Below, in pieces: positions 37,321 through 52,007 of a DNA stretch of 64,000 nt. The notes under the pieces were generated by a model. That model made no database searches and was not told where the DNA came from. It saw only the letters and a list, made by a program, of their open reading frames with translations. Position numbers and translations under genes: made by a program. The stretch lies in contig OX597819.1 of assembly GCA_951406725.2 (NCBI GenBank), forward strand, positions 109,430,001 through 109,494,000, written 5' to 3'. Each line of letters begins with the position of its first letter. Positions within the stretch are counted from its first letter, which is position 1. Source of the DNA: Octopus vulgaris (lineage: Eukaryota).

Positions 37321-37359
37321 TCTACATTACTACATACATATATATATTAATCATCATCA

Positions 37360-37620
37360 TCGAAATCAACAACCCCTGGGCACTAATGCTCTGGTTTCTA
37401 GGAGTCATCAAACCGCTTCTCATGTATAGTTAACCGAACTCACAGCATTCTCCCTGAACGGTACGCCAGTCCATTAGATGGTTAATCACAACTGAGTGAA
37501 CTGGAGCAACGTAAAATGAAGTCTTTTGCTCAACAACACTACACGACGCACTACCCAGTCCAGGTACCGAAACCACAATTTTGCAGACAACACCCTGACT
37601 ATTTGGTTACGCGCCTTCAC
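37360..37620 (-). mobile_element. SINE family C, diverged
   Basis: actgagtgaactggagcaacgtaaaatgaagtcttttgctcaacaacac...cagtccaggtaccgaaaccac. Confidence 0.7.
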
Positions 37621-37819
37621 TCACATAAATGCCTACAATATATGATTCGTTTTATTTTCACTATAAAATTTTCTGAAAAAACACACAAGTATTTAAGTGA
37701 TAATGTTGTTTCCACTGCTTTTGCTGTTGTTATTGTCGAGCGAAACATTAAAGCCATCTTCGTTACTCGAAAAATCTTAATTATGTTTCCTTCCGAAAAT
37801 TCTGTGCCGGTGTGAAGTA

Positions 37820-38384
37820 TTGGGTTGTCCGGAAAGTTCGTGCCGATTTTTAAAGGAAAGAAAAAGGTCAATAAATACTTGCCATTACATTTTTAATCAA
37901 CAAATATGAACCATTTTGTTGCACAATGCGTCTCCATCTTTCCTTTAACTTGAAAATACCCTCTTCCCAGAATTGAGATGGTTTCATGGCAAAGAATTCA
38001 TCAAGGTATCTTTTTACGTCATCCAAGGAATTGAAACTTTTACCATTAAGGCTATTCTGAAGAGACCTGAATAAGTGGAAATCTGAAGGAGCAATATCTG
38101 GTGAATATGGAAGATGGGGTAACACATCTCAGCCGAGCTGCAGCAATTTTTGTCTGGTTCCCAAAGCATCAAGTGCCGAAAATGAACTTTCTTATCTTCC
38201 ATTTTAAAGGGTTACAGAATTAACACAGGTTATAGGAATATAAACCTTCTTCCACGAAAAAATAGCTTAAACTGTACTCTAAATGGAGGCGTAGTCAAAT
38301 CCTATTTTATGGACTCAACCATTTTCTAAAATAAGTCGAAAGGTAAGCTCCTATAAATCGGCACGAACTTTCCGGACAACCCAA
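37820..38384 (-). mobile_element. Internally deleted mariner transposon
   Basis: TIRs ttgggttgtccggaaagttcgtgccgattt and aaatcggcacgaactttccggacaacccaa. The N-terminus MEDKKVHFRHLMLW is joined to the C-terminal PYSPDIAPSDFHLFRSL...RWRRIVQQNGSY. Confidence 0.93.
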
Positions 38385-38774
38385 TGTTTGTATTCATGTT
38401 CTTATTTTCCCGCTTAGCGTGTGTAGAAACATTTAGATTTTTCTTTTAAGGAAGTTATCTTGGTAGAATCGATTTGTTCTTATATTATACAAAGCATTAC
38501 AGAAATTGAAAATAAGTCGAACGAACTATAATGTTCATATAAGGTGCCGTTTTGTTCCGAAGAGGAAGACGATGTAAATAGGTAATAGATATCTTTGTTT
38601 CACAGTGGTATACCTAAATTACAAACTTTCCATACATAAAAATACCAAATAACATCCAAGTTTTCGGAGACAAAAACAAACAATTCGTTCCGGCGCAAGA
38701 AATAATGATAATGATGTTGTTGACAACGACGATGATGATGATGATGATAATGATGGTGGTGGTAGTGGTGGTGG

Positions 38775-38810
<36 letters not shown>

Positions 38811-39184
38811 CGACTCTTTCACATTTTGGCACAAAGCTAGCGATTTTAGGGAAGAAGGTTTGCCGATCATATCGACTCTAGTAAATGACTAGTACTTTAT
38901 TTTATCTACCCCGAAAAAATAAAAGCAAAGTTGACTTCAGTGGGATTTGAACTCAGAACATACAGAGCCGCAATCCTTTCGTTATTGGCCACAAGGAACT
39001 GTACATATAATACAAAATGTGTTATATAAAAAGGAGTACAAAGCATGCATGTATGTATGTGTATGTATGTATGTATGTATGTATGTATGTATGTATGTAT
39101 GTATGTATGTATGTATGTATGTATGTATGTATCGAGTTCTACACCAGGTTATTAGTCTCGCAATGCCTAAATAAAATATATACA

Positions 39185-39398
39185 CGACGGGGTGCTTAAA
39201 AATTCCTGGTTTTAAGGGCATCGCGAAAGGCCTGGTCGGAGGCCTAAGCTTCCGAGTTCTCTTACAGGGCTCAGAAAATCTGAAGGACTGCTGCAATAAG
39301 TGTATGAATTTGAGAGGGGAATGTGTTGGATAAAATCAATAACTGATCCTCCTGTACTTTATTTTACCCAAAGCCAGGAACTTTTCAGCATCCCCTCG
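39185..39398 (+). mobile_element. Mariner-derived MITE (about 215 bp)
   Basis: TIRs cgacggggtgcttaaaaattcctggtttt and aaagccaggaacttttcagcatcccctcg|TA. Internal KCMNLRGECVG* resembles a transposase C-terminus. Confidence 0.85.
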
Positions 39399-40607
39399 TA
39401 TATGTGTGTGTGTGTGTGTGTGTAAATTTATTTCTATAAAAGCAGAGATAGGGTGGGCAGCAAAACAATACAATATATTAACACAACGCAAAAATTTGCC
39501 ACCAACCCCTAAAATATGAGAAGCTATCACTGGATTAAGATCAAGTCATTCCGTGACTCTGATCCTTCGAACTTGGCAACGATCATCTTTTGTGTTATCC
39601 GAACAGTGAAGTTTCCCAATTTGAGTACCTTTAGACCGTTGATGTATTTTTGCCCGTCTATTCCCTAGGGCACCAGGTATTTGTTTTCGGTTTCTTTCTT
39701 TATCAACTCATTATTTGTTTTACCCACTTTTAAATTTTCCAGAAGTTCGTATAGGCTACAGAAAGTTTGCTTGCTTGACGATACGTCAGTCATAACAAAG
39801 GTACTCAGATACTTAAGGCTGTGGGACGCAGCCTGGTGTCTAGCAATTCAGTACTGGTGGAATAACAACGGAGAGCTAAGATGTAAAAGGATGACAACAG
39901 CAGTAATAATAATATAAGGTAAGGAAAAGCTGAAAGAAGAAGAAAAGGAGTGAGTATAAAAGAAATATAAATAGAAGAAATAGCAGAAAGAGAAGAGAAA
40001 AAAGTATAAGAGGCAGAAGTAGGAGAAAGAGAAGAAACAGAAACAGAAAAAGAAAAAGAAGTAGAAGAAATACAGGTAGAAAGAGAAGAAAAACAAAAGA
40101 AAAGTATAAAAAAATCATAGATAGAAGAGAAGAAAAAGAGGAAGATGAAGAAGAAGTAGAAGAGGAAGGGGAAAAGGATGTATGAAGGAAAGGAATATGG
40201 AATATGCTGGGAATGTGGGAAAAGCATGAAGATTCAGAAATAGTTGGATGGATGGATAAAGAGAGTTGCAGTATTTAAATATCTGGGCGGACAGAGAATG
40301 TAATCAAAGAACGAAAGCGAAAACAAAAACGTTAACTCTATTTCACACAATGATCGCTGGGATGTTAAATTATAGAGACGCCATATTGATTCATTTCGTT
40401 TTCTAAGATTTCGTTTTAAATATGCTTTGTTTTGTTATTTTAGTTTTGTTTTAATGTATGTGTTTTCTTTCGTTTTAATGTCTTGCGCTTGTTTATTTAT
40501 TTATCTGTTTATCTATTCATATTTGTATTTATTTCTTTATTTCTTGAAAAGAACGACTGGCTTTTCATTGGAGGAAATAAATCAATAATTATGAAAGTAC
40601 GAACCAT

Positions 40608-40622
40608 AAAAACAACAACAAG

Positions 40623-40713
<91 letters not shown>

Positions 40714-41100
40714 GCAGCAATAAATATGCTTAAAATCTAGAAATAAATAAATACTAACAATAGTAATACGAACAAGCAGATCAGCAATAACAAAAAGCAA
40801 CAACAACAACAACAACAACAAATATAACAGCAACAAGTAAAACAGCGATAATTACAGCAACAACAACTCCAAAATTTCAAACTCAAAGACAACAGCAGCA
40901 GCAACAACAGCAGCAACGTTAGCATTGGAGAAATAGCATCAACTACAAGAACAACTACATATGAAAAGCTACAACAACAGCAATATGAAGAACAGCAAAA
41001 AACAAAAACAAACACAATAAAACAATATCAAAAACGGAGACTAGAAAAACAAAATAGTTTCTACGACTACTACTACTACTACTACTACTACTACAACAAC
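40608..41100. repeat. (CAA)n/(CAG)n/(CTA)n microsatellite region
   Basis: Directly visible. Confidence 0.95.
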
Positions 41101-41214
41101 ATCGATTTTTATCCTTCCTCTTTATCGATCAGTCTTCGAATTAATTGTAGATTATTATTTAAAGACAAATTTTAGACGAGTCTACACCTTCTGCTGTTCA
41201 TTCCTCCACTACAA

Positions 41215-41245
41215 ACACACACACACACATGCATATGCATATGCA

Positions 41246-41311
<66 letters not shown>

Positions 41312-41380
41312 ACTTTATCTATCTATATATATATATATATATACATATATACATATACATACAAAACATATATAATACAC

Positions 41381-41456
<76 letters not shown>

Positions 41457-41742
41457 ATCTGTCTATCTGTCTGTCTATCTGTCTGTCTGTCTGTCTGTCT
41501 GTGTATCTGTCTATTTGAGACAGCTTGTCTGTTTAATTCTATTCCAGAGTTATAATATTTAATCTCTGTATTTCCCCCTCACTCACGCGCACTCGCACGT
41601 TTACACGCATACATACACATGCATGCAGATACAGAGATGCACACACACTGCATTAATGCATTACTGAAAGTACAAACGAGTTTCACTCTTGACTATTTTA
41701 TAGTAACTCTTCCATATTTTTATACGTTTATACGTACATATG

Positions 41743-41827
<85 letters not shown>

Positions 41828-42194
41828 TGTATGTGTGTGTGTGTATGTGCGTGTGTGTGTATAAATATATGTATAAGTAGATGCATATATATATATATAT
41901 ATATATATACATAATACATATATAATATATATACACATAAATACCTATCCATGCACACGCATATACAAACTTAAGCACATGCACACATACGCGTGCATAT
42001 GTGTGTGTGTATGTGTGTATTTATACATATGTATATAAACCTATGTCCATGTGTGCATGTGCTTACAATTGCACGTGTGTGTATTGTATATGTGTTTATG
42101 TACATCTATCTAAATTTATATATACAGGTGTATTTGGATGTTTGTACGTATGCATCTATCCAAATATCTCCCTATTTCACCAATTCTCTCCTCG

Positions 42195-42265
<71 letters not shown>

Positions 42266-42573
42266 GTGTATATATACACATACATAAATAGATATGCGAA
42301 TACATACACACACATATATATATATATACATACATATATATGTATATATATACACACAGACACACGCGTATATATGTATATATGCATGTATGTATATTGA
42401 ATAATCAGAAATTTGAAATGAAAGTGTTTGTTCTTCGATGACTCTCCAAATAGAAATGAAACTACTTAGAACAGTTCAATATTTTCCAAGTGACAAAAAG
42501 ATATAAATATTTGTTTGCATTTCTCAATGAAACTCGCAAATTAGAATTTTAGATACATACATTAAACAATTCC

Positions 42574-42650
<77 letters not shown>
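41215..42650. repeat. (TATC)n, (TGTC)n, (TATG)n and (TA)n microsatellite tract
   Basis: Directly visible. Confidence 0.95.
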
Positions 42651-42652
<2 letters not shown>

Positions 42653-44150
42653 TATGTTTATTAGATTAACTGAATATTCTATTATTACTTTACTACTTTT
42701 CGTTTCGTCATGACAAGGTAATCAACGTTTCTTAATTTTCCTACTTTGTGTTGCTTCTCAAATTTGAATCGTGATGTATTGTGTATCACTGATTTAATAG
42801 TTGGGCATATTTCCTCATTGGCTGTTATGTTTTATGAGGTTTTATATCGTAGAGTGGCCATTTAATGATATGGGGTAATATGTAATGTTATTTGTCAAAA
42901 CGACATATGTTTTGTTTTGTATTTTATCTCCTTTGTGATGTTATATGTGGATGAAGCCTCTCTTTAAATTAGTTTGTCATCATACTTGAATAATCAAGGC
43001 TGTTTTTTAAAGGTTTTTCTCAGATAAAGCGTCAACTTATACCTAGTAAATGCGTTCTCGTTGCTCCACAGGAAAGCTTGTGATCTCGATGCATCAAACT
43101 AGCATAAGTAGGCGTTCGCTACATTGAATTTTTTGCACACTCACATGAGTAGATACCTACTAAAATACTTATCGACATCCCGTTGGGAGCAATTTGAAAT
43201 TCTCATACCACATACACTCTCTTTCCATTTTCAATTTCATATTTATTTCTTCAAACAATATTTCGCGCCCAATTAGTAATTTAGGAATTATCTAATATCT
43301 TTAATAGATTAAGTGCTTACATAGAAATATCAATGTCATCCCAACAGAGGAAATATGAAATCCCAATTGAATAGACATATTTTTTTCTTTAATTTCTCTT
43401 TTCTTCTCTCTCTTCTCTTCAAATACTACTCAGTGATTAATGAGTAATAAAGTTAGAGTGATATAACTATTTTTTAATAAATAGACTTAGCAACCGCTAA
43501 CTTGCAGTCTCAGTAGACATATAAATGGACATATGCATACATGGTACACAGTGACACATTAACATCCGATATTGAATATTACTCATGCGCATATATTAGA
43601 CGGTTCCAAATATATATATATATATATTACATATATATGTATGTAATATAATATATATCTATATACATACATATATATGATGCATATGTACGTATAACGT
43701 ACACATAATTGTATGCTTATATTTATATGAATATATATCGATATTTACACGCACATTTATATTTGCACATATGTATGCTTACATTCAAGCATATATATGC
43801 ACACACATAATCTCACACATATAAACGTATACGCATATATAAAGACAAATAGTCAGCCCAAAGCCACTTTATCGGATCAATAATTTTATCAAGTCATTCA
43901 ATGGCGTTCTTAATAACGTCATCTGTCCGTCTGAAACCCATTTAACTCTGTATGCGGAGAGAAGCTGTCTTGATTTGTTAATTATTTTATATTTGATGGC
44001 AGCTGACATATGTTACACATACATACATACATACACACATACATACATACATACATTCATAAACATATCGAGTCGCATATACAGACTCTCACATCTCCAC
44101 ATACACACACACACACATATATATACATACGTATACACATATATTATGTA

Positions 44151-44256
<106 letters not shown>

Positions 44257-44415
44257 TTAAGTAGACAAACGAATTATCTTATTACGGATAATTCGAAAGA
44301 TAACCGATACCTGGGTAGCAAACTCACAACAGAAAGGGCAGACTTCGAAACATATGTCGAAAATAAAATAAAGGAATTTTGTTAAATCTTCGTTCAGCTC
44401 CATTCTTTCCTATAC

Positions 44416-44467
<52 letters not shown>

Positions 44468-44468
<1 letters not shown>

Positions 44469-44790
44469 TGACACTCTGTCGGTTACGACGACGGGGGTTC
44501 CAGTTGATCCGATCGACGGAACAGCCTGCTAGTAAAATTAACGAGCGAGTGCTTGAGCACTCTACGGGCACGCGTATCCTTAACGTAGTTCTCAGGGAGA
44601 TTCAGCGTGATACAGATTGGGACAAGGCTGGCCCTTTGAATTACGGCTCATTTTTGCCAGTTGAGTAAACTGGAACAATGGGAAATAAAATGTTTTGCTC
44701 AAGGACACAACATGCTGCCGGGAATTGAACTCACAACCGTGAGCCGATTACCCTGACCGAATATCCCGACCACTAAGCCATGTGCCTTCA
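44468..44790 (-). mobile_element. SINE family C (long-tail variant)
   Basis: tttttgccagttgagtaaactggaacaatgggaaataaaatgttttgctcaaggacacaac...gggaattgaactc...cactaagccatgtgcc. A degraded copy of its tail lies at about 5445-5565. Confidence 0.78.
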
Positions 44791-44899
44791 CAAACATATA
44801 CATATACATACACACACACGTACGCATATTCATACACATACATAGATATATTCGCAGATACATATACGGATATATACATCACTTCTCAACTTAGAAGGC

Positions 44900-45900
44900 T
44901 ACTCTTTTGCAATCCTATAACATAAGATAACTAGTAAATACCTAATCACCAAGAGAGATAAGAATGTCTCTAGACATCCACTTTGTTATAGAAAATACCA
45001 ATTGTGTCATATCAGTGTGGCTGATATCACTTATAATCATAATCAGCATAAATTTTTGCAAGATTCTGCTTTCCCATGAGACAGGACAATCCTCCGAAGG
45101 TAGGATTATCCTGACAGCCATGCCAAAGGCACACCAGAACCAGAATGTATGGCTCTGTGGTAAGTAGCTTGCTTACCAACAACATAGTTCAGAGTCCATT
45201 CCCACTGCGTGGCACCTTGGCCAAGTGTCTTCTACTATAGCCTCGAGCCGACCAAAGCCTTATGAGTGTGTGTGTGTGTGTGTGTATGTATATATGTGTG
45301 TGTATGTTTGTTTGTCCTCCCAACATCACTTGACAACTGATGCTGGTGTGTTTACGCCCCCCGTAACTTAGCGCTTCGGCAAAAGAGACCGATAGAATAA
45401 GTACTAGGCTTACAAAGAATAAGACCTGGGAGCGATTTGCTCAAATGACTGAAACAAGTAAAAGATTAAAAGAATAAAAGAATATTTAACAAAAATAATG
45501 AACACTCGTGGAAAAGACCAGTAAAAACAGTTACCCGTTATAAGCGCAACAAGCCAGATATTGTTATTTGGGACAGGCAAAAGTCATGCACAGTTGCATG
45601 GATCAACTGCTCGGCGGATGTGAATGTCACGTTAAAAATTGGGTAACAAGAATATCTATAGAGAATAAACGAGAAGCCTACAGCTTTCATACCAAAAATA
45701 TAGATTTCTATTTTTTCCTATTATAATACGTGTTTTGAGTTATGCAACAACAGATCGGCATAAAAATTTAGAAATGTTGGTGGTTTTCCGAAAAAAAAAA
45801 AAGTAACAAAACAAAACAAAAAACAAACACATTAGCATTCTCTAAATACAGTTTTGAGATTAAAGCCACGGTGAAAAGTTGCAAAACATTTTAGGAATTC
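44900..45900 (+). mobile_element. R4/Dong-like RLE LINE 3' fossil, interrupted by SINE A (45148-45485)
   Basis: PVKTVTRYKRNKPDIVIWDRQKSCTV...SADVNVTLK at about 45520-45640. The upstream part resembles 30835-30925. Confidence 0.7.
45148..45485 (+). mobile_element. SINE family A with internal deletions
   Basis: tggctctgtggtaagtagcttgcttaccaac ... aatgactgaaacaagtaaaagattaaaagaataaaag. Confidence 0.87.
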
Positions 45901-46376
45901 TCCGTTTGCGGCTCCAGGGAAGAACGCATGTACACAATCATGTACACACGCACATGCACACATATGCACACAAGCACACACACATGCACCCACCCACCCA
46001 CCCACACACGCATACACACATACACACACACACACGCACCACCTCCACAGAATAATGAAGTGCACAGAGTTGTGTATTAGTAATATGCATACCCCACTAC
46101 AAGTTTACCCACACACCACACACATACGCACACACATACTCATGCACACACGCGCACATAGATTTATTCATACACCACACACATACTCACACACATACTC
46201 ACACACAAACGCACACACATATACAAACACGCACACATACATATATGCATACATTTATTCATTCATATATATATATACACGCATATCCATTAAAGCGTTA
46301 AGCTAATGCCGTATTTGTTAAAGCTTGTTCTTCCTATGTTGCCTTTATATTGTTCGTTGTATTTACTCAATTTGTG

Positions 46377-46494
<118 letters not shown>

Positions 46495-46863
46495 GCACAC
46501 ATATTTATTTAGATAATCTGAAATATAATAAAAATTCTTGTGTACTTTGCTTTAGACAAGTCCTCATCATGTAAAACTAATATTGTAAAACATTATCAAA
46601 CCAGGGCAGTTGTGTTTATGTAGTCACTCATACTAATCAATGCAGTTCCGGTTACCCACCGTCGGCTAATTTCCCACCGTCATTACAATGAAAAAGGACA
46701 CGTTTTAATGTCCCAAATATCAGGTTGGCATAACTAAAATAATGGTATAATACAGGGACGGCGGGAAAATTTTGTGTAATCAAAAAATTCTTTGATCTGA
46801 GAGGAAATTGAAGAAGCTGAACAGTGTTATATAAATTAACAAAACTACCAATTGTAGCAACAT

Positions 46864-46873
46864 TAGTAGCAAC

Positions 46874-46965
<92 letters not shown>

Positions 46966-46995
46966 CAATAACAGCAGCTGAGTCAGTAGTAGTAG
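46864..46995. repeat. (TAG)n microsatellite
   Basis: Directly visible. Confidence 0.97.
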
Positions 46996-47404
46996 TTGTT
47001 TTGTTATTGCTTTCACAGTTCGTGAGTTTGTTTTTATTATTGCTGCTGTTCGTAAGGTAAATTTTGTTATAGATTTTTCTTATGACTTCAGTTACAACAA
47101 AAACAGCAGAGGTAGTAGCATTAGTTAGTAGTTACGGGTTCAAGGCTAATCCTATTTTTGGAGGATTGTTGGAGGATTGCCTCTGATGATGTACGTACAG
47201 ACTTGGGCAACATCTTTTGCGGAGGTCTAGCAGTTACTCATACATGCAAATCTTCTTTCTTTACATCACCAGTGTTTATCGGAAAGAATGTCGCCAGTGT
47301 CGTCGCAGGCGTTGCTGGTAGAACTCAAAGAGCCGTGAAAGATACTGCAAGGCGTCTAACTCGATTCGCTAATTGTTACACCAATCCACTGCCCTGGATC
47401 AGTC

Positions 47405-47720
47405 CGTTTCTTAGTAATCCCGAAAGGATGAGAAGTGAAGTTGACTTCGGCGGGATTTGAACTCAAGTGCTGCAGATGAATAAAATGAAACGAGATATTC
47501 TATCCAACGCTCTGACAACTTTGCTAATTCACTGTGTGGCAGAATCGTCAGCACGGCGGGCAAAATGCTTAGCGGTATTTCGTCTGTCTTTACGCTCTGG
47601 GTTCAAATTCCTCCTAGGTCTACTTTACTTTTTATTCTTGTGAGGTCGATGAAATAAGTACTAGTTAAGTACTGTGGACGATGTAATCAACTTACCCACT
47701 TGTGCCAAAAGTTGAAATCA
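47405..47720. mobile_element. Two SINE B copies head-to-head in divergent orientation (minus 47405-47532, plus 47537-47720)
   Basis: ccgaaaggatgagaagtgaagttgacttcggcgggatttgaactc followed by tggcagaatcgtcagcacggcgggcaaaatgcttagcggtatttcgtc. Confidence 0.75.
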
Positions 47721-48641
47721 CCATAATCATCATTATAATTGTTGTTGTTGTTATAGATCTCTAAACGATGAAAGGCAAAGTCGACCTCAGTGGAATCGAA
47801 AGGACTGATCTAGAGCTAAATGCATTATCATAAAAAAACATAAAAATAAAAACAAAAGCAAAAACAGTAGCAGCAACAGCAACAACAAATGTAGTGTATC
47901 CACAATCAAACTCTCTTGTGACAATCGAAATCCCCCCATCGCCCCCCCCATTTGTTATTGTATGCGTTACCAGTAATGTGTCTGTACATGTCGTATTTAC
48001 ACGAGATTAAACTTGAGAATATCATGTGTATATAACCCATATTGACATAATTTCTAAGTAAACGAACACTAATAGATTTATCAAATACTAGAAGCAATAC
48101 CTGACATTGCCTGGGTTTATTAATTCCTAAAATAAATATTATCCCATGAATTCACTATAATTTCTATAAATTGCTTTTAACGAATAATTGATAATATATT
48201 CGGTTAGTCTTGGAGCATCGGATAATTCAGTCAAAATTGTTCCACTGAAACAGTTCCTAATTTCTTTCTTGAGAAAGAATTAGAGAAAGATATTGGAATC
48301 TATGAACTTTTATTTGTACCACAAAGTAAAATTTCAGTTGCATATTTATAAAATAAAAATTGAGGTCTACAACTTGGAATGTATATACATACACTTATGT
48401 GTACATACATTCACATAAGTGCATACAAGCAAACAAAACATTATGACACGCTAACATGAGCTTTGCATGCACAATGTGTAAGTGGAACAGTAAAAATATG
48501 CAAGATATTCTTAAAGTTCGATATGTGACAATTTTCGTTATTGATATCCAAACTTCAATAATGGAGTTTTTCTCTCTTTGTTACAAACCAGCTCATTCCT
48601 TCTAGAAAGAACACCAATGAATAAAAAGAAGGAAAAGCCTA

Positions 48642-48995
48642 ACATACATACATACATACATACATACATACATACATACATACATACATACATAAACACG
48701 TACATACATACACACACACATACATACATACATACGTACACACATACATACATACATACACACGTACATACATACACACACATACATACATACATACATA
48801 CACACATACATACATACACACGTACATACATACACACACAAACATACATACATACATATACACATACATACATACACGCATAAATACATACATACATACA
48901 CACACATACATACACACATACACACACATACATACATACATACATACATACATACATACATACATACATACATACATACATACATACATGCATAT
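48642..48995. repeat. (TACA)n microsatellite
   Basis: Directly visible. Confidence 0.97.
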
Positions 48996-49031
48996 ATCTA
49001 TGCATATATTTACTTTTGAAAGTTCAGCATA

Positions 49032-49355
49032 GGTGCAGGTGTGGCTGTGTGAGAAGAAGTTAGCTTTCCAATCAAATGGTTCCGATTTCAATTCCATTGT
49101 GCGACACCAAGGGCAAGTGTCTTCAATTACAGACAAAGCCTTGCGAATGGATCTGTGTTAGTCCTCTGCCCTGCTGGACAATTGGTGTTGGTGTGTTTAC
49201 GACCCTGTAACTTAATAGTTCCGTCAAAGAGACTGATGGAATAAGTACCAGGCTTTAAAAACAAAGTCCTGGGATCGATTCATTCGACTAAAATTCTTCA
49301 AGATGGTGTCCTGGCATGGTCGCAGCCAAAAGACCGAAACAAGTTAAAGATAAAA
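49032..49355 (+). mobile_element. SINE family A, diverged
   Basis: ggtgcaggtgtggctgtgtgagaagaag...gggcaagtgtcttc...atggtgtcctggcatggtcgcagcc. Confidence 0.78.
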
Positions 49356-49829
49356 CATACATCTCTAAATGCAATACTTGAACGTATTCTCAGTGTCGTT
49401 TCTTGGGATCACTGCGTGTTTTGGGTCTTATAATATGCATCTTCATCCAGACGACCAAATCTAGATTGATCAAACCTAAGCCAGTGTTCTAACGGCATTC
49501 TAATGACTTTGCCGATCATCTTTTCCTCATGCAGAGCCACGTAGGTGTTTTTCACAGCAGTTTCTACGTTATCTCCAAAGGCTCTTCTTTTGCTCATTAC
49601 TTTTACATATAAAGATAGAGCCTTGTTTTTTTTTTGGAAATAATTGTATAATTACTTTATATACGTTAATACATAGAAGAAAAAATTATTAAAAACCCCG
49701 GTATTTTCGTTGTATTCTCATCCAATTGTTTATGACAGAGTGGCGTCGTGCATCAATGGTCCGTTTTATTATTCTCTGCTACATCGTGCGAAATGCGATA
49801 TTGTTGATAATTTCCATAACGGAATAGGT

Positions 49830-49830
49830 T

Positions 49831-49926
<96 letters not shown>

Positions 49927-49931
49927 CCTAC

Positions 49932-49982
<51 letters not shown>

Positions 49983-50001
49983 CCTATCTATCTATCTATC
50001 G

Positions 50002-50043
<42 letters not shown>

Positions 50044-50095
50044 TTATCTATCCATCCATCTATCCATCCATCCATCCATCCATCTCTCTCTCTCA

Positions 50096-50135
<40 letters not shown>
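49830..50135. repeat. (TATC)n/(CATC)n/(CA)n microsatellite
   Basis: Directly visible. Confidence 0.97.
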
Positions 50136-50374
50136 TCTACCTTCAGTGAGCCTTCTATGCATATCGTAAGTATTGTGAAATGCTGATAAAATGTATTGCA
50201 AGATTATATGTTTCTACAACTGTTATGTATTCATGGGGAAGCACGAGTTTGTCCTGTAAAAGCATCGAATTACATACCTTCCATACCTGTTTTCTATTTG
50301 TTATTATCTCTGTCTGTCTGCCTGTCTATATGTGTTTGCGCATATGTATATCTGCCTATATGTATATCTATCTA

Positions 50375-50432
<58 letters not shown>

Positions 50433-50441
50433 CATATATCA

Positions 50442-50648
50442 GACGCCATGATAGATCGTTAGCCACTACACACATTTTTTTTCTCTCCTTGTTTCTCTCC
50501 CTGTTTTTTCAGTGTCCCTTTCTGTAGAAGAGCGTAGGCTTGAAACGTAAAAGATTTTTTCTATTCCTGACCGTTATACTAATACATCTGTTTGTTTTGT
50601 ACACCACCTGCCTTCGTCTTTTGTTTTTTTTTGTAAACTCTCCCTTTA
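50442..50648 (+). mobile_element. About 200-bp hammerhead-bearing non-coding repeat (same family as 22137-22333), embedded in (TA)n
   Basis: gacgccatgatagatcgttagccactacacac...ccctttctgtagaagagcgtaggcttgaaacgtaaaaga...gtaaactctcccttt. Confidence 0.82.
50518..50553 (+). ncRNA. Minimal hammerhead-like motif (CUGUAGA core variant)
   Basis: cuuu-CUGUAGA-A-GAGC-guag-GCUU-GAAAC-GUA-aaag; helix I cuuu/aaag. Confidence 0.65.
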
Positions 50649-51108
50649 TATATATAATATAGGGGTTTAGTTCACAGCTGTTCTAAACGGATAGGTATGC
50701 TGGGTAAGTGCTATAATGGATTACCAGGGTTCCAAGCTCATAACCGAGACAGGAGTTATGGAACTATTATAGATTTCCAGTACAGCAGATGTAAATTTGT
50801 TAAAAAGGAAAACAAACGCCAAGGCAAGGATATCCAATTTATCCGCCAATTTATCCGAGGAAATCTTCAATAATTACGTCACATAGTAGCTCTAGCTACT
50901 AGCGGTTATACATACATATATACATACATACACATATACACATGCATACACACATGCAGATAATATATACATGCTTACACACACACGCACGCGCACGCAC
51001 ACATACGCACGCGCACATGTATATATATATATATATTTATATATCTATGCAGGTGTGTGTATGTATGTGAGTGTGCGTGTGTGTGTGCGCGCGTGCGTGC
51101 GTGCGTGC

Positions 51109-51162
<54 letters not shown>

Positions 51163-51326
51163 ATGCGTTCAGTTTCCGAGGAACTATTGAATTGACGAAA
51201 GCAGAGATTCCCTGCTAAAACGTTAATTCTGTAACACGTAACGAATCACACGAGGGTTAGTTCTGATTCGTGTTGAGTCCTCTTTGTATTTTTGGTATCC
51301 TTGATCTGCGATTCAAGAATTTTCAC

Positions 51327-51368
<42 letters not shown>

Positions 51369-51458
51369 AAAGAGACAGAGAGAGAAAGAAGATAGAAAGT
51401 GAGAGAGACATATATGCGTATGTGTGTACATAGGTATATGTGTGTGCGAGTGTATGTA

Positions 51459-51510
<52 letters not shown>

Positions 51511-51536
51511 AATGTATATTTATATGTTTATATACA

Positions 51537-51695
51537 GGTGCAGCAGTGTCTGTGTAAGAAGTTAGCTTCCCAACCACATGGTTCCGAGTTCAGTCCCACT
51601 GCGTGGCACATTGGGCAAGTGTCTTCTAGTATAGCCTCGGGCCGACCAAAACCTTGTAAGTGGATTTGGTAGATGGAAACTGAAAGAAGCTCGTC

Positions 51696-51726
<31 letters not shown>

Positions 51727-51972
51727 TGTATGTATGTATGTATGTATGTATGTATGTATGTATTTGCATGTCTGTGTTTGTTCCCGCACCATCACTTGAC
51801 AACCGATATTGGTGTGTTTACGACCCCGTAACTTAGCGGTTCGGCAAAAGATGCTGAATGAATAAGTACTGGGCTTCCAAAGAACAAGTCATAGGGTCAA
51901 TTTGTTCGACTAAAGGCGGTGCTCCAGCTTGGCCGCAACCAAATAACTAAAACAAGTAAAAGAATAAAGAAT
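51537..51972 (+). mobile_element. SINE family A, full length, internal (TATG)n
   Basis: Colinear with 16890-17283. Confidence 0.88.
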
Positions 51973-51975
51973 AGC

Positions 51976-52007
<32 letters not shown>

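Noticed and set aside
46645-46772. Repeated cccaccgtc with an inverted gacggcggg
   Set aside because: Too short and imperfect to call a transposon end.
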